A program made the position numbers and the translations under genes. The notes under the pieces were generated by a model. The model ran no database searches, was not told where the DNA came from, and was given only the letters and a program-made list of their open reading frames with translations. Positions 1 to 9,341 of a stretch of DNA of 61,522 nt are shown here, one piece after another. Position 1 is the stretch's first letter, and each line of letters starts with the position of its first letter. The DNA comes from Alphaproteobacteria bacterium (lineage in GTDB: Bacteria; Pseudomonadota; Alphaproteobacteria; GCA-2731375). The stretch spans positions 1-61,522 of the forward strand of contig JAYGEA010000160.1 of assembly GCA_046582635.1 (NCBI GenBank), given 5' to 3'.

Positions 1-630
1 GGCGCGCATGAAGTCGCGCGGACCATACTCGCCGCCGGCCAACCGCCCGCGTCGGGACTGCTGTGGGAACAATTTGGCCAGCCAAAACAGACCCTGGCGC
101 TGTTCGGCGCCGGCCATGTGGGCCGGGCCCTGGTGCTGGCACTGGCGCCGTTGAATTTTCACGTGGTCTGGATCGATCCCCGCAGGGGGGCCTATCCCGC
201 CGTGGTGGCGGGGGACGTGGCCCTCGCCCGGACGTCTGATCCCGCCGCCGAACTGGACCGCCTGCCCGATGACGCCTTTATTCTGGTGATGACCCACAGC
301 CATGGCCTGGATTTCGACATCGTCAGCGCGGCCCTGGCGGCGAAGCGATTCGCCTATGTCGGCCTCATTGGTTCCGACACCAAGCGGGCCCGCTTTTGCG
401 GACGTCTGGCCCAGGCTGGTCTGGGCGACCGCGAAATCGAGACATTGGCTTGTCCCATCGGCATTCCGGGCATCAAATCCAAGGCGCCGTCCGCCATCGC
501 CGCATCCGTGGTTGCGGACCTGCTGTGCAGGATGGAACAATGCTCCGACGCGCGGAATGGCGCGTCGGACAATGATCGACAAAATGATCAACAGGGATTG
601 GTGCGCACGGGCGGGGGGCGGCAACGATGA
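1..630 (+). CDS. xdhC: xanthine dehydrogenase accessory/maturation protein XdhC, 5'-truncated by the window edge
   Basis: Frame 1 is open from base 1 (GAHEVARTILAAG...LFGAGHVGRALV), so the listed 118..630 ORF is only the tail. LFGAGHVG, LVMTHSHGLDFDIV and YVGLIGSDTKRARF blocks are typical of the XdhC/CoxI C-terminal domain. The stop overlaps the next start (ATGA at 627-630). Confidence 0.85.
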   Translation, partial: GAHEVARTILAAGQPPASGLLWEQFGQPKQTLALFGAGHVGRALVLALAPLNFHVVWIDPRRGAYPAVVAGDVALARTSDPAAELDRLPDDAFILVMTHSHGLDFDIVSAALAAKRFAYVGLIGSDTKRARFCGRLAQAGLGDREIETLACPIGIPGIKSKAPSAIAASVVADLLCRMEQCSDARNGASDNDRQNDQQGLVRTGGGRQR

Positions 631-2228
631 TCGAAACCAGGGTGGGCGATACCAGCGAATATCTTCTCGAGGCGAGCAATATCACCAAGGTGTTCGGTGA
701 ATTGCGGGCCAATGACGATGTCACCCTGTCCCTGAAGCCCGGTGAGATCCATGCCCTGTTGGGCGAGAACGGCGCCGGCAAGTCTACTTTGGTGAAGATC
801 ATCTATGGCGCGCTGCAGGCCACCTCCGGCCATCTTTTTTGGCGCGGCCGGGCCGTGACCATCGCCAACCCGGCCGCCGCGCGGGCGTTGGGCATCGGCA
901 TGGTGTTCCAGCATTTCTCGCTGTTTGATGCCTTGACCGTGACCCAGAATATCTCCCTGGCCCTGCCCCCCGATGTCGACATCACCACCCTGGCCGGGCG
1001 CATCGAAACGGTTTCCAGCGACTACGGCCTGCCCTTGCGGCCCGATGCCCTGGTAGCGGATTTATCGGTGGGAGAGCGGCAACGGATCGAAATCGTCCGT
1101 TGTTTATTGCAGGAACCGCGCCTGTTGATCATGGACGAGCCCACCGCCGTGCTGACGCCGCAGGAGGCCGACCAGCTCTTCGTTACCCTTGCGCGGTTGG
1201 CCTCCGAAGGCTGCGGCGTGCTCTATATCTCCCACCGCTTGGAGGAAATCCGGCGCATCTGCCACGACGCCACCATTCTGCGCCATGGTAAACTGATCGC
1301 CCAGGTCGACCCGCAGCAGGAAACAGCGGCCTCCCTCGCCGCCCTGATGGTGGGCACGGAAGTCGCGGCGGTGAAGGCGAACAAGGGCGCGGCGCCAGGT
1401 GCGCCATTGCTGGAATTGGCCGGTCTGTCCCTGGCCACGGATGACCCATTTGGCGTGTCATTGAAAAATATCAACCTGACAGTCCGGGCCGGCGAGATCG
1501 TTGCCGTCGCCGGCGTCGCGGGCAATGGACAGGGCGAGTTTTTCGATGCCCTGTCGGGTGAGTTGACCAGTTCCAACAACGCCACGGTGAAAATCGCCGG
1601 CGTCGGTTGCGGGCGGGAGGGCATCACCCAACGGCGCCGCCGCAATGCCGCCTTTGTGCCCGAGGAGCGGCTTGGCCATGGCGCGGTGCCGAATTTGCCG
1701 TTGTCGGAAAACGTCGTGCTGACCCATCACGCGGTGGAGGGGAGCAAAAGTGGCATCGGGGGCGGAATGGCGGGCAGCGCGGTTGTACGCAACGGCATGA
1801 TCAACCGCGATGCCGCCAGGGATGTAAACCGGGTGGTCACGGAACTGTTCGATGTGCGCAAGAGCACGCCGGACCCGGAGGCCCAGTCGCTTTCGGGCGG
1901 TAATCTGCAGAAATTCGTCGTGGGCCGGGAAATGACCCTGAAACCAAGGGTCCTGGTGGTCAACCAGCCCACCTGGGGCGTGGACGCCGGCGCCGCCGCA
2001 CTGATCCGCCAGGCGCTGATCGACCTGGCGCGGGGCGGTTCGGCTGTTTTGGTGATCAGCCAGGATCTGGACGAGATCTTCGAGGTGGCGGACCGCATTG
2101 CCGTGATCTCCCGTGGTGAGATGTCCCAGGCCTATCCCGCGGAGGAACTGAGCCTGGAGCGGATCGGCCTGCTCATGGCCGGCGCGCACGAAGCCGTCGC
2201 ACCCAATGTCGGCGCGGGCGCGGTATGA
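627..2228 (+). CDS. ABC transporter ATP-binding protein with duplicated ATPase domains (BMP/nucleoside-type importer)
   Basis: First half has Walker A GENGAGKST, signature LSVGERQR and Walker B LLIMDEPT. Second half has LSGGNLQK and LVVNQPTWGVD. 4-nt overlaps with both neighbours. Confidence 0.9.
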   Translation: MIETRVGDTSEYLLEASNITKVFGELRANDDVTLSLKPGEIHALLGENGAGKSTLVKIIYGALQATSGHLFWRGRAVTIANPAAARALGIGMVFQHFSLFDALTVTQNISLALPPDVDITTLAGRIETVSSDYGLPLRPDALVADLSVGERQRIEIVRCLLQEPRLLIMDEPTAVLTPQEADQLFVTLARLASEGCGVLYISHRLEEIRRICHDATILRHGKLIAQVDPQQETAASLAALMVGTEVAAVKANKGAAPGAPLLELAGLSLATDDPFGVSLKNINLTVRAGEIVAVAGVAGNGQGEFFDALSGELTSSNNATVKIAGVGCGREGITQRRRRNAAFVPEERLGHGAVPNLPLSENVVLTHHAVEGSKSGIGGGMAGSAVVRNGMINRDAARDVNRVVTELFDVRKSTPDPEAQSLSGGNLQKFVVGREMTLKPRVLVVNQPTWGVDAGAAALIRQALIDLARGGSAVLVISQDLDEIFEVADRIAVISRGEMSQAYPAEELSLERIGLLMAGAHEAVAPNVGAGAV

Positions 2229-3304
2229 TACTGGTCCTGGAAAAACGCAGCCAGCCGTCCCGGGCCATGCTCTGGCTGTCCCCCGTACTGGCCCTTAGCA
2301 TCACCGTGGTGATCGGCGGTTTCATCTTCGCCAGCCTGGGGTTGGACCCCTTCAAGGCGTTGTATATCTATTTCATCGACCCCATGACCACTCTCTGGTC
2401 CATCGAGGAATTGATCGTCAAGGCGGCGCCCTTGGTTATGATCGGCGTTGGCCTGGCGGTTTGCTTCACCGCCAACGTCTGGAATATCGGCGCCGAGGGG
2501 CAGCTGACAATGGGGGCCCTGTTCGGTTCCGCCATCCCGATCTATTTTACCGATTGGCAGTCGCCCCTGGTGTTGGTTTTGATGTTGGTATTGGGTGCCA
2601 TCGGCGGGGCCTTGTTCGCGGCCATTCCGGCGCTATTGAAAAATCGCTTTGGCACCAACGAAATCCTGACCTCGCTGATGCTGGTCTATGTGGCGCAGCT
2701 GATACTGGATTGGGTGATCCGGGGGCCGTGGAAAGACCCCAAGGGTTTCAACTTCCCGCAATCCGTCTCGTTCGAGGGCTGGCAGCTCCTCCCCTTGTTG
2801 GGCGAGGGGCGGGTCCATTTGGGCGCTATATTGGCGCTGATCGCGGCCGCCGTGTTGTGGGTCATGATGGGACGCTCTCTGCGCGGTTTTGAAATCCGGG
2901 TGATCGGCAGTTCCCCCCGCGCCGGCGCCTTTGCCGGTTTCGCACAGAAAAAGGTCGTATTGTTCTGCTTCATGTTGTCGGGCGCCCTGGCCGGTTTGGC
3001 GGGGATTTGCGAAGTGGCCGGGCCCAGCGGGCAATTGCAGCCGGTGATCTCGCCCGGCTACGGCTTCACCGCCATCATCGTCGCGTTTTTGGGCCGTTTG
3101 AACCCTATCGGCGTGATTTTCGCCGGCATACTTCTCGCCATCAGCTATCTCGGCGGCGAAGCGGCGCAGGTGGAATTGGGGATCTCCGACAGAATGGCGC
3201 AGGTCTTTCAGGGCATGTTGCTGTTCCTGATCCTGGCCTGCGAGACCCTGATCCATTACCGCATTAAACTGGCGCCGGGACGCGGCGGCGTGAAGGAGGC
3301 ATAG
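2225..3304 (+). CDS. ABC transporter permease (BMP-family importer, first membrane subunit)
   Basis: 359 aa multi-pass hydrophobic protein directly between the ATPase and a second permease. ATGA overlap at 2225-2228. Ends with TAG at 3302-3304. Confidence 0.85.
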   Translation: MILVLEKRSQPSRAMLWLSPVLALSITVVIGGFIFASLGLDPFKALYIYFIDPMTTLWSIEELIVKAAPLVMIGVGLAVCFTANVWNIGAEGQLTMGALFGSAIPIYFTDWQSPLVLVLMLVLGAIGGALFAAIPALLKNRFGTNEILTSLMLVYVAQLILDWVIRGPWKDPKGFNFPQSVSFEGWQLLPLLGEGRVHLGAILALIAAAVLWVMMGRSLRGFEIRVIGSSPRAGAFAGFAQKKVVLFCFMLSGALAGLAGICEVAGPSGQLQPVISPGYGFTAIIVAFLGRLNPIGVIFAGILLAISYLGGEAAQVELGISDRMAQVFQGMLLFLILACETLIHYRIKLAPGRGGVKEA

Positions 3305-3313
3305 GGGACTAAA

Positions 3314-4234
3314 ATGGGTGCATTGGAAGCGGTCATTCTGACCATCATCACCGCCTCGACCCCGTTGCTGCTGGCGGCCATCGGCGAATTGGTGACCGAG
3401 CGTTCCGGGGTTCTGAACCTTGGCGTCGAGGGCATGATGATCATGGGCGCGGTCTGTGGTTTCGCCGCCGCCTATACCACCCATTCGGCCCTGTTGGGGG
3501 TCTGCGCGGGACTGCTGGCGGGCGTGGGCATGTCCCTGCTGTTTGCCTTTTTGACCCAGACCCTGATGACCAGCCAAGTGGCCACGGGGCTGTCCCTGAC
3601 CCTGCTGGGCCTGGGTCTGTCGGGCATGATTGGCGAAGGCTTCACGGGCCTGCCCGGTATCAAGCTTGAGGCTCTGCACATTCCCTTCCTGAGCGATATA
3701 CCTTTCATCGGCCTAGTTGTTTTTGGCCATGATATTCTGGTCTATGGCTCGTTGTTCATTGTCGCGGGCACCGCCTACGTGCTGTTCCGCACCCGCCTCG
3801 GCCTGATCATCACCGCCGTCGGCGGCAATCACCATTCGGCACATGCCCTGGGCTACAACGTGCTCCGTGTGCGGTATGGCTGCATCGCCTTTGGCGGCGC
3901 CTGTTCCGGGCTGGCGGGGGCCTATCTGTCTCTGGCCTATACGCCGCAATGGATCGAGAATATGAGCTCGGGGCGCGGCTGGATCGCCTTGGCGCTAGTG
4001 GTGTTTTCCACCTGGCTGCCCCAGCGGCTGCTGGTGGGGGCCTATCTGTTCGGCACGGTTTGGATCATGGGGCTGTATGTGCAGGCGTTGGGAGTGGATA
4101 TTCCCTCACAATTGCTGTCATCCCTGCCCTATCTTGTTACCATCGTGGCGTTGATTATTATTTCCCGCAACAAGACCCTGACCAAGGTCAATACACCCGC
4201 CTGCATCGGGCAACCGTTCGCGCCCGAGAGATAG
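3314..4234 (+). CDS. ABC transporter permease (BMP-family importer, second membrane subunit)
   Basis: 306 aa multi-pass membrane protein paralogous in style to the preceding permease. Ends with TAG at 4232-4234. Confidence 0.85.
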   Translation: MGALEAVILTIITASTPLLLAAIGELVTERSGVLNLGVEGMMIMGAVCGFAAAYTTHSALLGVCAGLLAGVGMSLLFAFLTQTLMTSQVATGLSLTLLGLGLSGMIGEGFTGLPGIKLEALHIPFLSDIPFIGLVVFGHDILVYGSLFIVAGTAYVLFRTRLGLIITAVGGNHHSAHALGYNVLRVRYGCIAFGGACSGLAGAYLSLAYTPQWIENMSSGRGWIALALVVFSTWLPQRLLVGAYLFGTVWIMGLYVQALGVDIPSQLLSSLPYLVTIVALIIISRNKTLTKVNTPACIGQPFAPER

Positions 4235-4282
4235 GGCGTTTCAGTAAAAACGTTGAAAACAAGAGAAGCAACAGGAGAAGAC

Positions 4283-5353
4283 ATGAAAAAACTACTGGGT
4301 TCGATCGCGTTGTCCCTGGCGATGATATTCGCCATGGGCGCCGCATCCGCCGCCGAAAAACTGAAGATCGGCTTTATCTATGTGGGACCGATCGGCGATC
4401 ACGGCTGGTCCTATCAACATGACCAGGGCCGCCTGGCCATCGAAAAGGAACTAGGCGACAAGGTTGAGACCGTGTTCGTGGAGAAGGTCGCCGAGGGCCC
4501 CGATGCCGAACGGGCCATCACCCGTCTGGCCCGCCAGGGCGCCGGCCTGATTTTCACCACCTCGTTCGGTTTCATGGACCCGACCCTGAAGGTCGCCAAA
4601 CGCTTCCCCAAGGTGAAGTTCGAGCATGCCACGGGCTACAAACGCTCCGAGAACGTTGCCACCTATAACGCACGCTTCTACGAAGGCCGTTACATCATCG
4701 GTCAGATCGCCGCAAAAATGTCCAAATCCGGCGTCGCCGGCTATATCGCCTCCTTCCCCATTCCGGAAGTGGTGATGGGCATCAATTCCTTCATTCTGGG
4801 CGCCCAGACCATCAACCCGAACTTCAAGCTGAAGGTCATCTGGGTCAATTCCTGGTTCGATCCTGGCAAGGAAGCAGACGCGGCCAAGGTGCTGATCGGC
4901 CAGGGCGCCGACATCATCACCCAGCATACGGACAGTACAGCGCCGCTGCAGATTGCCGCCGACAAGGGCGCCATGGGTTTCGGCCAGGCTTCCAACATGA
5001 TCAAGTTCGCGCCGAAGGCACAGCTGACGTCCATCATCGATAATTGGGCGCCCTATTACGTGCGCCGCACCAAGGAGGTATTGGCCGGCACCTGGAAGGC
5101 ATCCGATACCTGGGACGGCTTGGCCCAGGGCACCGTGGAGATGGCGCCCTATACCAACATGCCGGCCGATGTGGCGGCCATAGCCATGAAGACCGAGGCC
5201 GCGATTATCTCCGGCAAACTGCACCCCTTCACCGGGCCGTTGTACAAACAAGACGGCTCCATGGCCCTGGCCGCCGGCAAGGTCATCGACGACGGCGCCT
5301 TGGCGGGCATGAACTGGTACGTCAAGGGCATCGACGGTAAGTTGCCGAACTAG
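4283..5353 (+). CDS. BMP-family (basic membrane protein/PnrA-like) ABC transporter substrate-binding protein
   Basis: Start moved to ATG 4283, 5 nt downstream of AGGAGA (4273-4278). Signal peptide MKKLLGSIALSLAMIFAMGAASA. KIGFIYVGPIGDHGWSYQHDQG block typical of BMP-family purine/nucleoside binding proteins. Confidence 0.85.
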   Translation: MKKLLGSIALSLAMIFAMGAASAAEKLKIGFIYVGPIGDHGWSYQHDQGRLAIEKELGDKVETVFVEKVAEGPDAERAITRLARQGAGLIFTTSFGFMDPTLKVAKRFPKVKFEHATGYKRSENVATYNARFYEGRYIIGQIAAKMSKSGVAGYIASFPIPEVVMGINSFILGAQTINPNFKLKVIWVNSWFDPGKEADAAKVLIGQGADIITQHTDSTAPLQIAADKGAMGFGQASNMIKFAPKAQLTSIIDNWAPYYVRRTKEVLAGTWKASDTWDGLAQGTVEMAPYTNMPADVAAIAMKTEAAIISGKLHPFTGPLYKQDGSMALAAGKVIDDGALAGMNWYVKGIDGKLPN

Positions 5354-5360
5354 CACGATC

Positions 5361-5404
5361 CATGCCGCGCCGGTCCAGCTGACAAATGTGGACCGGCCGG
5401 CATG
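5361..5404 (+). terminator. interrupted 15-bp stem-loop between the binding-protein gene and puuD (attenuator or mRNA-stabilising hairpin candidate, no U-tract)
   Basis: catgccg-cg-ccggtcca (5361-5377) pairs with tggaccgg-c-cggcatg (5389-5404) around an 11-nt loop. No T-run follows, so it is not a canonical intrinsic terminator. Confidence 0.35.
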
Positions 5405-5423
5405 ACCTGCCGGAGTAATCCCC

Positions 5424-6614
5424 ATGCTTGCCTTCGCCGCCGACTGGGCCAACCTGCTGATCCGCTGGGGGCATATGATCGCCGGCATCGGCTGGATCGG
5501 CACCTCGTTCTATTTCATCGCCCTGGATCTCTCCCTAAAGAAACGGGAGCAGATGAAGGAGGGCGTCATGGGCACCGCCTGGGAAGTGCATGGCGGCGGC
5601 TTCTACCACGTTGAAAAGTTCACCGTCGCGCCCAAGGAGCTGCCCGGCGACCTGGTCTGGTTCAAGTGGGAGGCCTACATCACCTGGCTGACCGGCTTTT
5701 TGTTGTTGATCGTGCAGTTCTATCTGGACGCCAGCGCCTGGATGATCGACCCGGACGTCATGGCGCTGGAGCCATGGCAGGCGGTCGGCATCTCCATCGC
5801 CTCCCTGGCTGTTGGCTGGTTCGTTTACGACGGCCTGTGCCGCAGCCCCATTGGCCAGAAGACCACATTGTTGACCGTGATCGGTTTCCTATGGGTCCTG
5901 GCGGCGGCTTATTTCTACACCGAGGTCTTTTCCGGGCGCACGGCAATGATCCATGTAGGCGCCTTCATTGGCACCATCATGGCGGCGAACGTCTTTGCCG
6001 TGATTATTCCCAACCAGAAAAAGGTCACCGCCGCCCTGTTGGCGGGCGCGGCGCCCGACCCCAAATATGGCGAGATCGGCAAGCAGCGCTCCATCCATAA
6101 CACCTACCTGACCCTGCCGGTGCTGGTCACCATGGTTTCGGGTCACTACCCCATGCTGTCGGGCCACCCGCAAGCCTGGTTGATCGTCGCCTTCATCATT
6201 GTCGGCGGCGCCTGCCTGCGCCACGTCCTGGTCAGCCACGAAGTGGGCGAGCCCTTCGCCACCTACCGCGCCGCCCTGCCGGTCATCCTGATCGCCCTGT
6301 TCGCGGCGATCTATATGACCACGCCCCAGCAGCGCAATACTGCCGATATTGACGTCACGGACGTCCAGGTCATGGCCATCGTGCAAAAGCACTGCACCTC
6401 TTGCCATGCCGCCAAACCGAAGAATGAGGCGGTTGACGCGCCGCCGAAAAATATCATCCTGGAAAACACCGATCAGCTGAGCCGGCACGGCAAACAGGTG
6501 CTGCAATTCGCCGTGCAGACCCGCGCCATGCCCTTGGGCAACGAAACCGGCATGACCGCCCAGGAGCGTTTGAAACTGGGCGCCTGGATCGATAATCAAA
6601 TCGATGGTGAATAG
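5424..6614 (+). CDS. puuD: membrane-bound cytochrome c urate hydroxylase (PuuD-type urate oxidase)
   Basis: N-terminus LAFAADWANLLIRWGHMIAGIGWIGTSFYFIALD and multiple TM segments, plus a C-terminal haem-c motif CTSCH. Sits in the purine-catabolic cluster next to uraD. Confidence 0.8.
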   Translation: MLAFAADWANLLIRWGHMIAGIGWIGTSFYFIALDLSLKKREQMKEGVMGTAWEVHGGGFYHVEKFTVAPKELPGDLVWFKWEAYITWLTGFLLLIVQFYLDASAWMIDPDVMALEPWQAVGISIASLAVGWFVYDGLCRSPIGQKTTLLTVIGFLWVLAAAYFYTEVFSGRTAMIHVGAFIGTIMAANVFAVIIPNQKKVTAALLAGAAPDPKYGEIGKQRSIHNTYLTLPVLVTMVSGHYPMLSGHPQAWLIVAFIIVGGACLRHVLVSHEVGEPFATYRAALPVILIALFAAIYMTTPQQRNTADIDVTDVQVMAIVQKHCTSCHAAKPKNEAVDAPPKNIILENTDQLSRHGKQVLQFAVQTRAMPLGNETGMTAQERLKLGAWIDNQIDGE

Positions 6615-6619
6615 GAGCA

Positions 6620-7132
6620 ATGGCCTATTCGATCCAGGAACTGAACCAAATGACAGCCCAGGCGTTCACGGCCGCTTTCGGCGATGTGGCGGAGCATTCT
6701 TCCTGGGTCGCCGAAGGGGCGGCGCTGGGCCGTCCCTTTTCAGATCGGGATGATGTGGTTGCCAAATTCGCGGCGGCTCTCAGAGATGCCACAAAAGCCG
6801 CGCAGATCAGCGTTTTATGCGCCCATCCCGACCTGGCTGGGAAAGCGGCGGTGGCGGGCGAGCTGACAGAGGAGTCCCGGAGCGAGCAGGCGGGCGCCGG
6901 ATTGGACAGCTTAAGCGCCGCCGAGTTCGAACGCTTCACCCACCTCAACAACGCCTACAAAGCAGCCTTTGATTTCCCCTTCATCTTCGCCGTCAAGGGC
7001 GCCACCAAGACGATGATCCTGGCGTCTTTTGAAGACCGGGTCGGCAACGACCGGGACGTGGAATTCACCAACGCGGTGGACAACGTCTGCCGAATTTTCC
7101 AATTCCGTATCGAAGATCGCGTGGCGCCATGA
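6620..7132 (+). CDS. uraD: 2-oxo-4-hydroxy-4-carboxy-5-ureidoimidazoline (OHCU) decarboxylase
   Basis: 170 aa. LCAHPDLAGK motif and FPFIFAVKG block typical of OHCU decarboxylase. ATGA overlap with guaD at 7129-7132. Confidence 0.85.
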   Translation: MAYSIQELNQMTAQAFTAAFGDVAEHSSWVAEGAALGRPFSDRDDVVAKFAAALRDATKAAQISVLCAHPDLAGKAAVAGELTEESRSEQAGAGLDSLSAAEFERFTHLNNAYKAAFDFPFIFAVKGATKTMILASFEDRVGNDRDVEFTNAVDNVCRIFQFRIEDRVAP

Positions 7133-8427
7133 GCGCGCCCCGCATCTTGCGCGGCCGCACGGTCTATTTTCGGGATGACCCCCGAAACGCCGGAACCAAT
7201 GGCGCCGTGGTGGCCCAAGACGATGGGGCGGTGGTGATCCGAGATGGAGGCCGCATTGCATGGTCCGGCGCCTTCGCGGATTTGCCGGAACAATTCGCCG
7301 GCACTGCCGTGGATCACTTCCCCGGCAAGGTCATCATGCCCGGCTTGATCGATGCCCATGTGCATTTCCCCCAACACCGCATGATCGCGGCACCAGCCAA
7401 GGATCTGCTGGATTGGCTGAACCGCTTCGCTTTTCACGAGGAGGCGCAATATGGCGATAACGCCTTCGCCGCCGCCGCCGCGGAAGCCTTTCTCGACAAA
7501 CTGATCAGCCATGGCACCACCTCGGCCCTGGCCTTTTCCTCCGTTCACAAGGGCGCCGCCGATTGTCTGTTTAAGGCGGCGCAGGCGCGCGGCATGGCCA
7601 TGATCACCGGCAAGACCATGATGGACCGGAATGCCCCGGACGCGGTTTTGGATACGGCCGAGGCAAGCGCCCGGGACAGCGCCGATCTGATCGGCGCATG
7701 GCACGGCGTGGACCGCCTGCGCTATGCCATCACCGTGCGCTTCGCCGTCACCTCAACCGAGGCGCAGTTGCAGGCCGCCGGCGAATTGTACAAGGCCTAT
7801 CCCGATTGCCTGCTGCACAGCCATCTATCCGAGAGCGCCGGCGAGATCGAACTTGTCCGACGGCAATTTCCCTGGTCCCGGGATTACACGGACGTCTATG
7901 ACCGCTTTGGCCTGTTGGGCCCCCATTCGGTGTTTGCCCACGGCCTCCATCTGAGCGAACGGGAGTGTCAGGCCCTGCATGAGGCGGGCGCCACGGTGGT
8001 GCATTGCCCCACGTCGAACAATTTTCTCGGCTCCGGCCTGTTCGACTTCGATCACCTGCGCGCGCCCCAACGTCCGGTCAAGGTGGCGGTGGCGACCGAT
8101 GTCGCCGGCGGAACCAGTTTTTCGATGCTGCAAACCCTGGGCGAAGCCTACAAGGTGGCCATGTTGAAGGGCCGCAATTTGAGCGCCTTCGATGGCTTTT
8201 ACCTGGCCACCTTGGGCAATGCCCGGGCACTGGGTCTGGCGGGCGAGATCGGCACTCTGGCGCCGGGTTCCTGGGCCGACGTGGTGGTGCTTGACCCGGC
8301 AGCGACGGAGGTTCTGTCGGCCCGCAACGAATTGTCTGAAAACCTGGAAGACATCTTGTTTGCCCTGATGCTGCTGGGCGACGACCGGGCGGTGCATGCC
8401 GTCTACATCAAAGGCAATCAACAATGA
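7129..8427 (+). CDS. guaD: guanine deaminase
   Basis: 432 aa amidohydrolase with PGLIDAHVHFPQ metal-binding motif, HSHLSES block and ATDVAGG. Size and motifs match guanine deaminase. Confidence 0.9.
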   Translation: MSAPRILRGRTVYFRDDPRNAGTNGAVVAQDDGAVVIRDGGRIAWSGAFADLPEQFAGTAVDHFPGKVIMPGLIDAHVHFPQHRMIAAPAKDLLDWLNRFAFHEEAQYGDNAFAAAAAEAFLDKLISHGTTSALAFSSVHKGAADCLFKAAQARGMAMITGKTMMDRNAPDAVLDTAEASARDSADLIGAWHGVDRLRYAITVRFAVTSTEAQLQAAGELYKAYPDCLLHSHLSESAGEIELVRRQFPWSRDYTDVYDRFGLLGPHSVFAHGLHLSERECQALHEAGATVVHCPTSNNFLGSGLFDFDHLRAPQRPVKVAVATDVAGGTSFSMLQTLGEAYKVAMLKGRNLSAFDGFYLATLGNARALGLAGEIGTLAPGSWADVVVLDPAATEVLSARNELSENLEDILFALMLLGDDRAVHAVYIKGNQQ

Positions 8428-9341
8428 GCGATTACCCGCGCGACATGATCGGTTAGGGCGCAACGCCGCCCCAGGCGAGATGGCCCTCGGGCGCCAAGCT
8501 GGCGGTGCAGTTCGTCATCAATTACGAAGAAGGGGGCGAAATTAATATCCTGCATGGCGATACCGCCTCGGAAGCTTTCCTGTCCGAGATCGTCGGCGCC
8601 GATCCCTGGCCCGGCCAGCGCCACCCCAGCATGGAATCGATCTACGAATACGGCAGCCGTGTCGGCATCTGGCGCCTGCTGGAGCTGTTCAAGAGCCGGG
8701 AGATACCCATCACGATCTTCGCCGTGGCCATGGCCCTGGGGCGCAATCCCGCCGTGGCCGAGGCCGCCCTGGCCCAGGGCCACGAGATCTGCAGCCACGG
8801 CTATCGCTGGATCGATTACCGGCATGTACCAATTGAGGTGGAGCGGGAGCATCTGCAAAAGGCCATTCAGATCATCCGGGAGGTCACCGGCGAACGGCCC
8901 CTGGGCTGGTACACCGGGCGGGGCAGCGAGAACACCCGCAAATTGGTGGTGGAGGACGGCGGCTTCCTCTATGACGCGGACGATTACAACGACGACCTGC
9001 CGTTTTGGACCCAGGTGGACGGTAAGGATCATCTGGTGGTGCCCTATACCCTGGACGCCAACGACATGCGTTTCGCCTCGCCACAGGGATTTAACTCCGG
9101 CGATCAGTTTTTTGCCTACCTGCGGGATACTTTCGACGTGCTGTACGCGGAAGGCGCCACGACGCCACGGATGATGTCTATCGGCCTGCACTGCCGCCTG
9201 GTCGGCCGGCCCGGCCGGATCGCCGCCCTGCAACGGTTCATCGCCCACGCCCAGGCCCACGACCATGTTTGGTTCGCCCGCCGCATCGATATCGCCCGTC
9301 ATTGGCGGGCGCATCATCCCTTCGAAAGGAGTACGCCATGA
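8424..9341 (+). pseudogene. puuE: allantoinase PuuE (polysaccharide-deacetylase type) interrupted by an in-frame TAG at 8454-8456; the ORF is uninterrupted only from GTG 8505
   Basis: ATG 8424 overlaps the guaD stop (ATGA) and reads MSDYPRDMIG-TAG-GATPPQARWPSGAKLAVQFVINYEEGGE in one frame. The PuuE family N-terminus is DYPRDLIGYG...NYEEGGE, so the TAG sits where Tyr is expected. The rest (HGYRWIDY, LVVPYTLDANDMRF, IGLHCRL) is intact. Confidence refers to gene identity; pseudogene status is uncertain. Confidence 0.8.
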
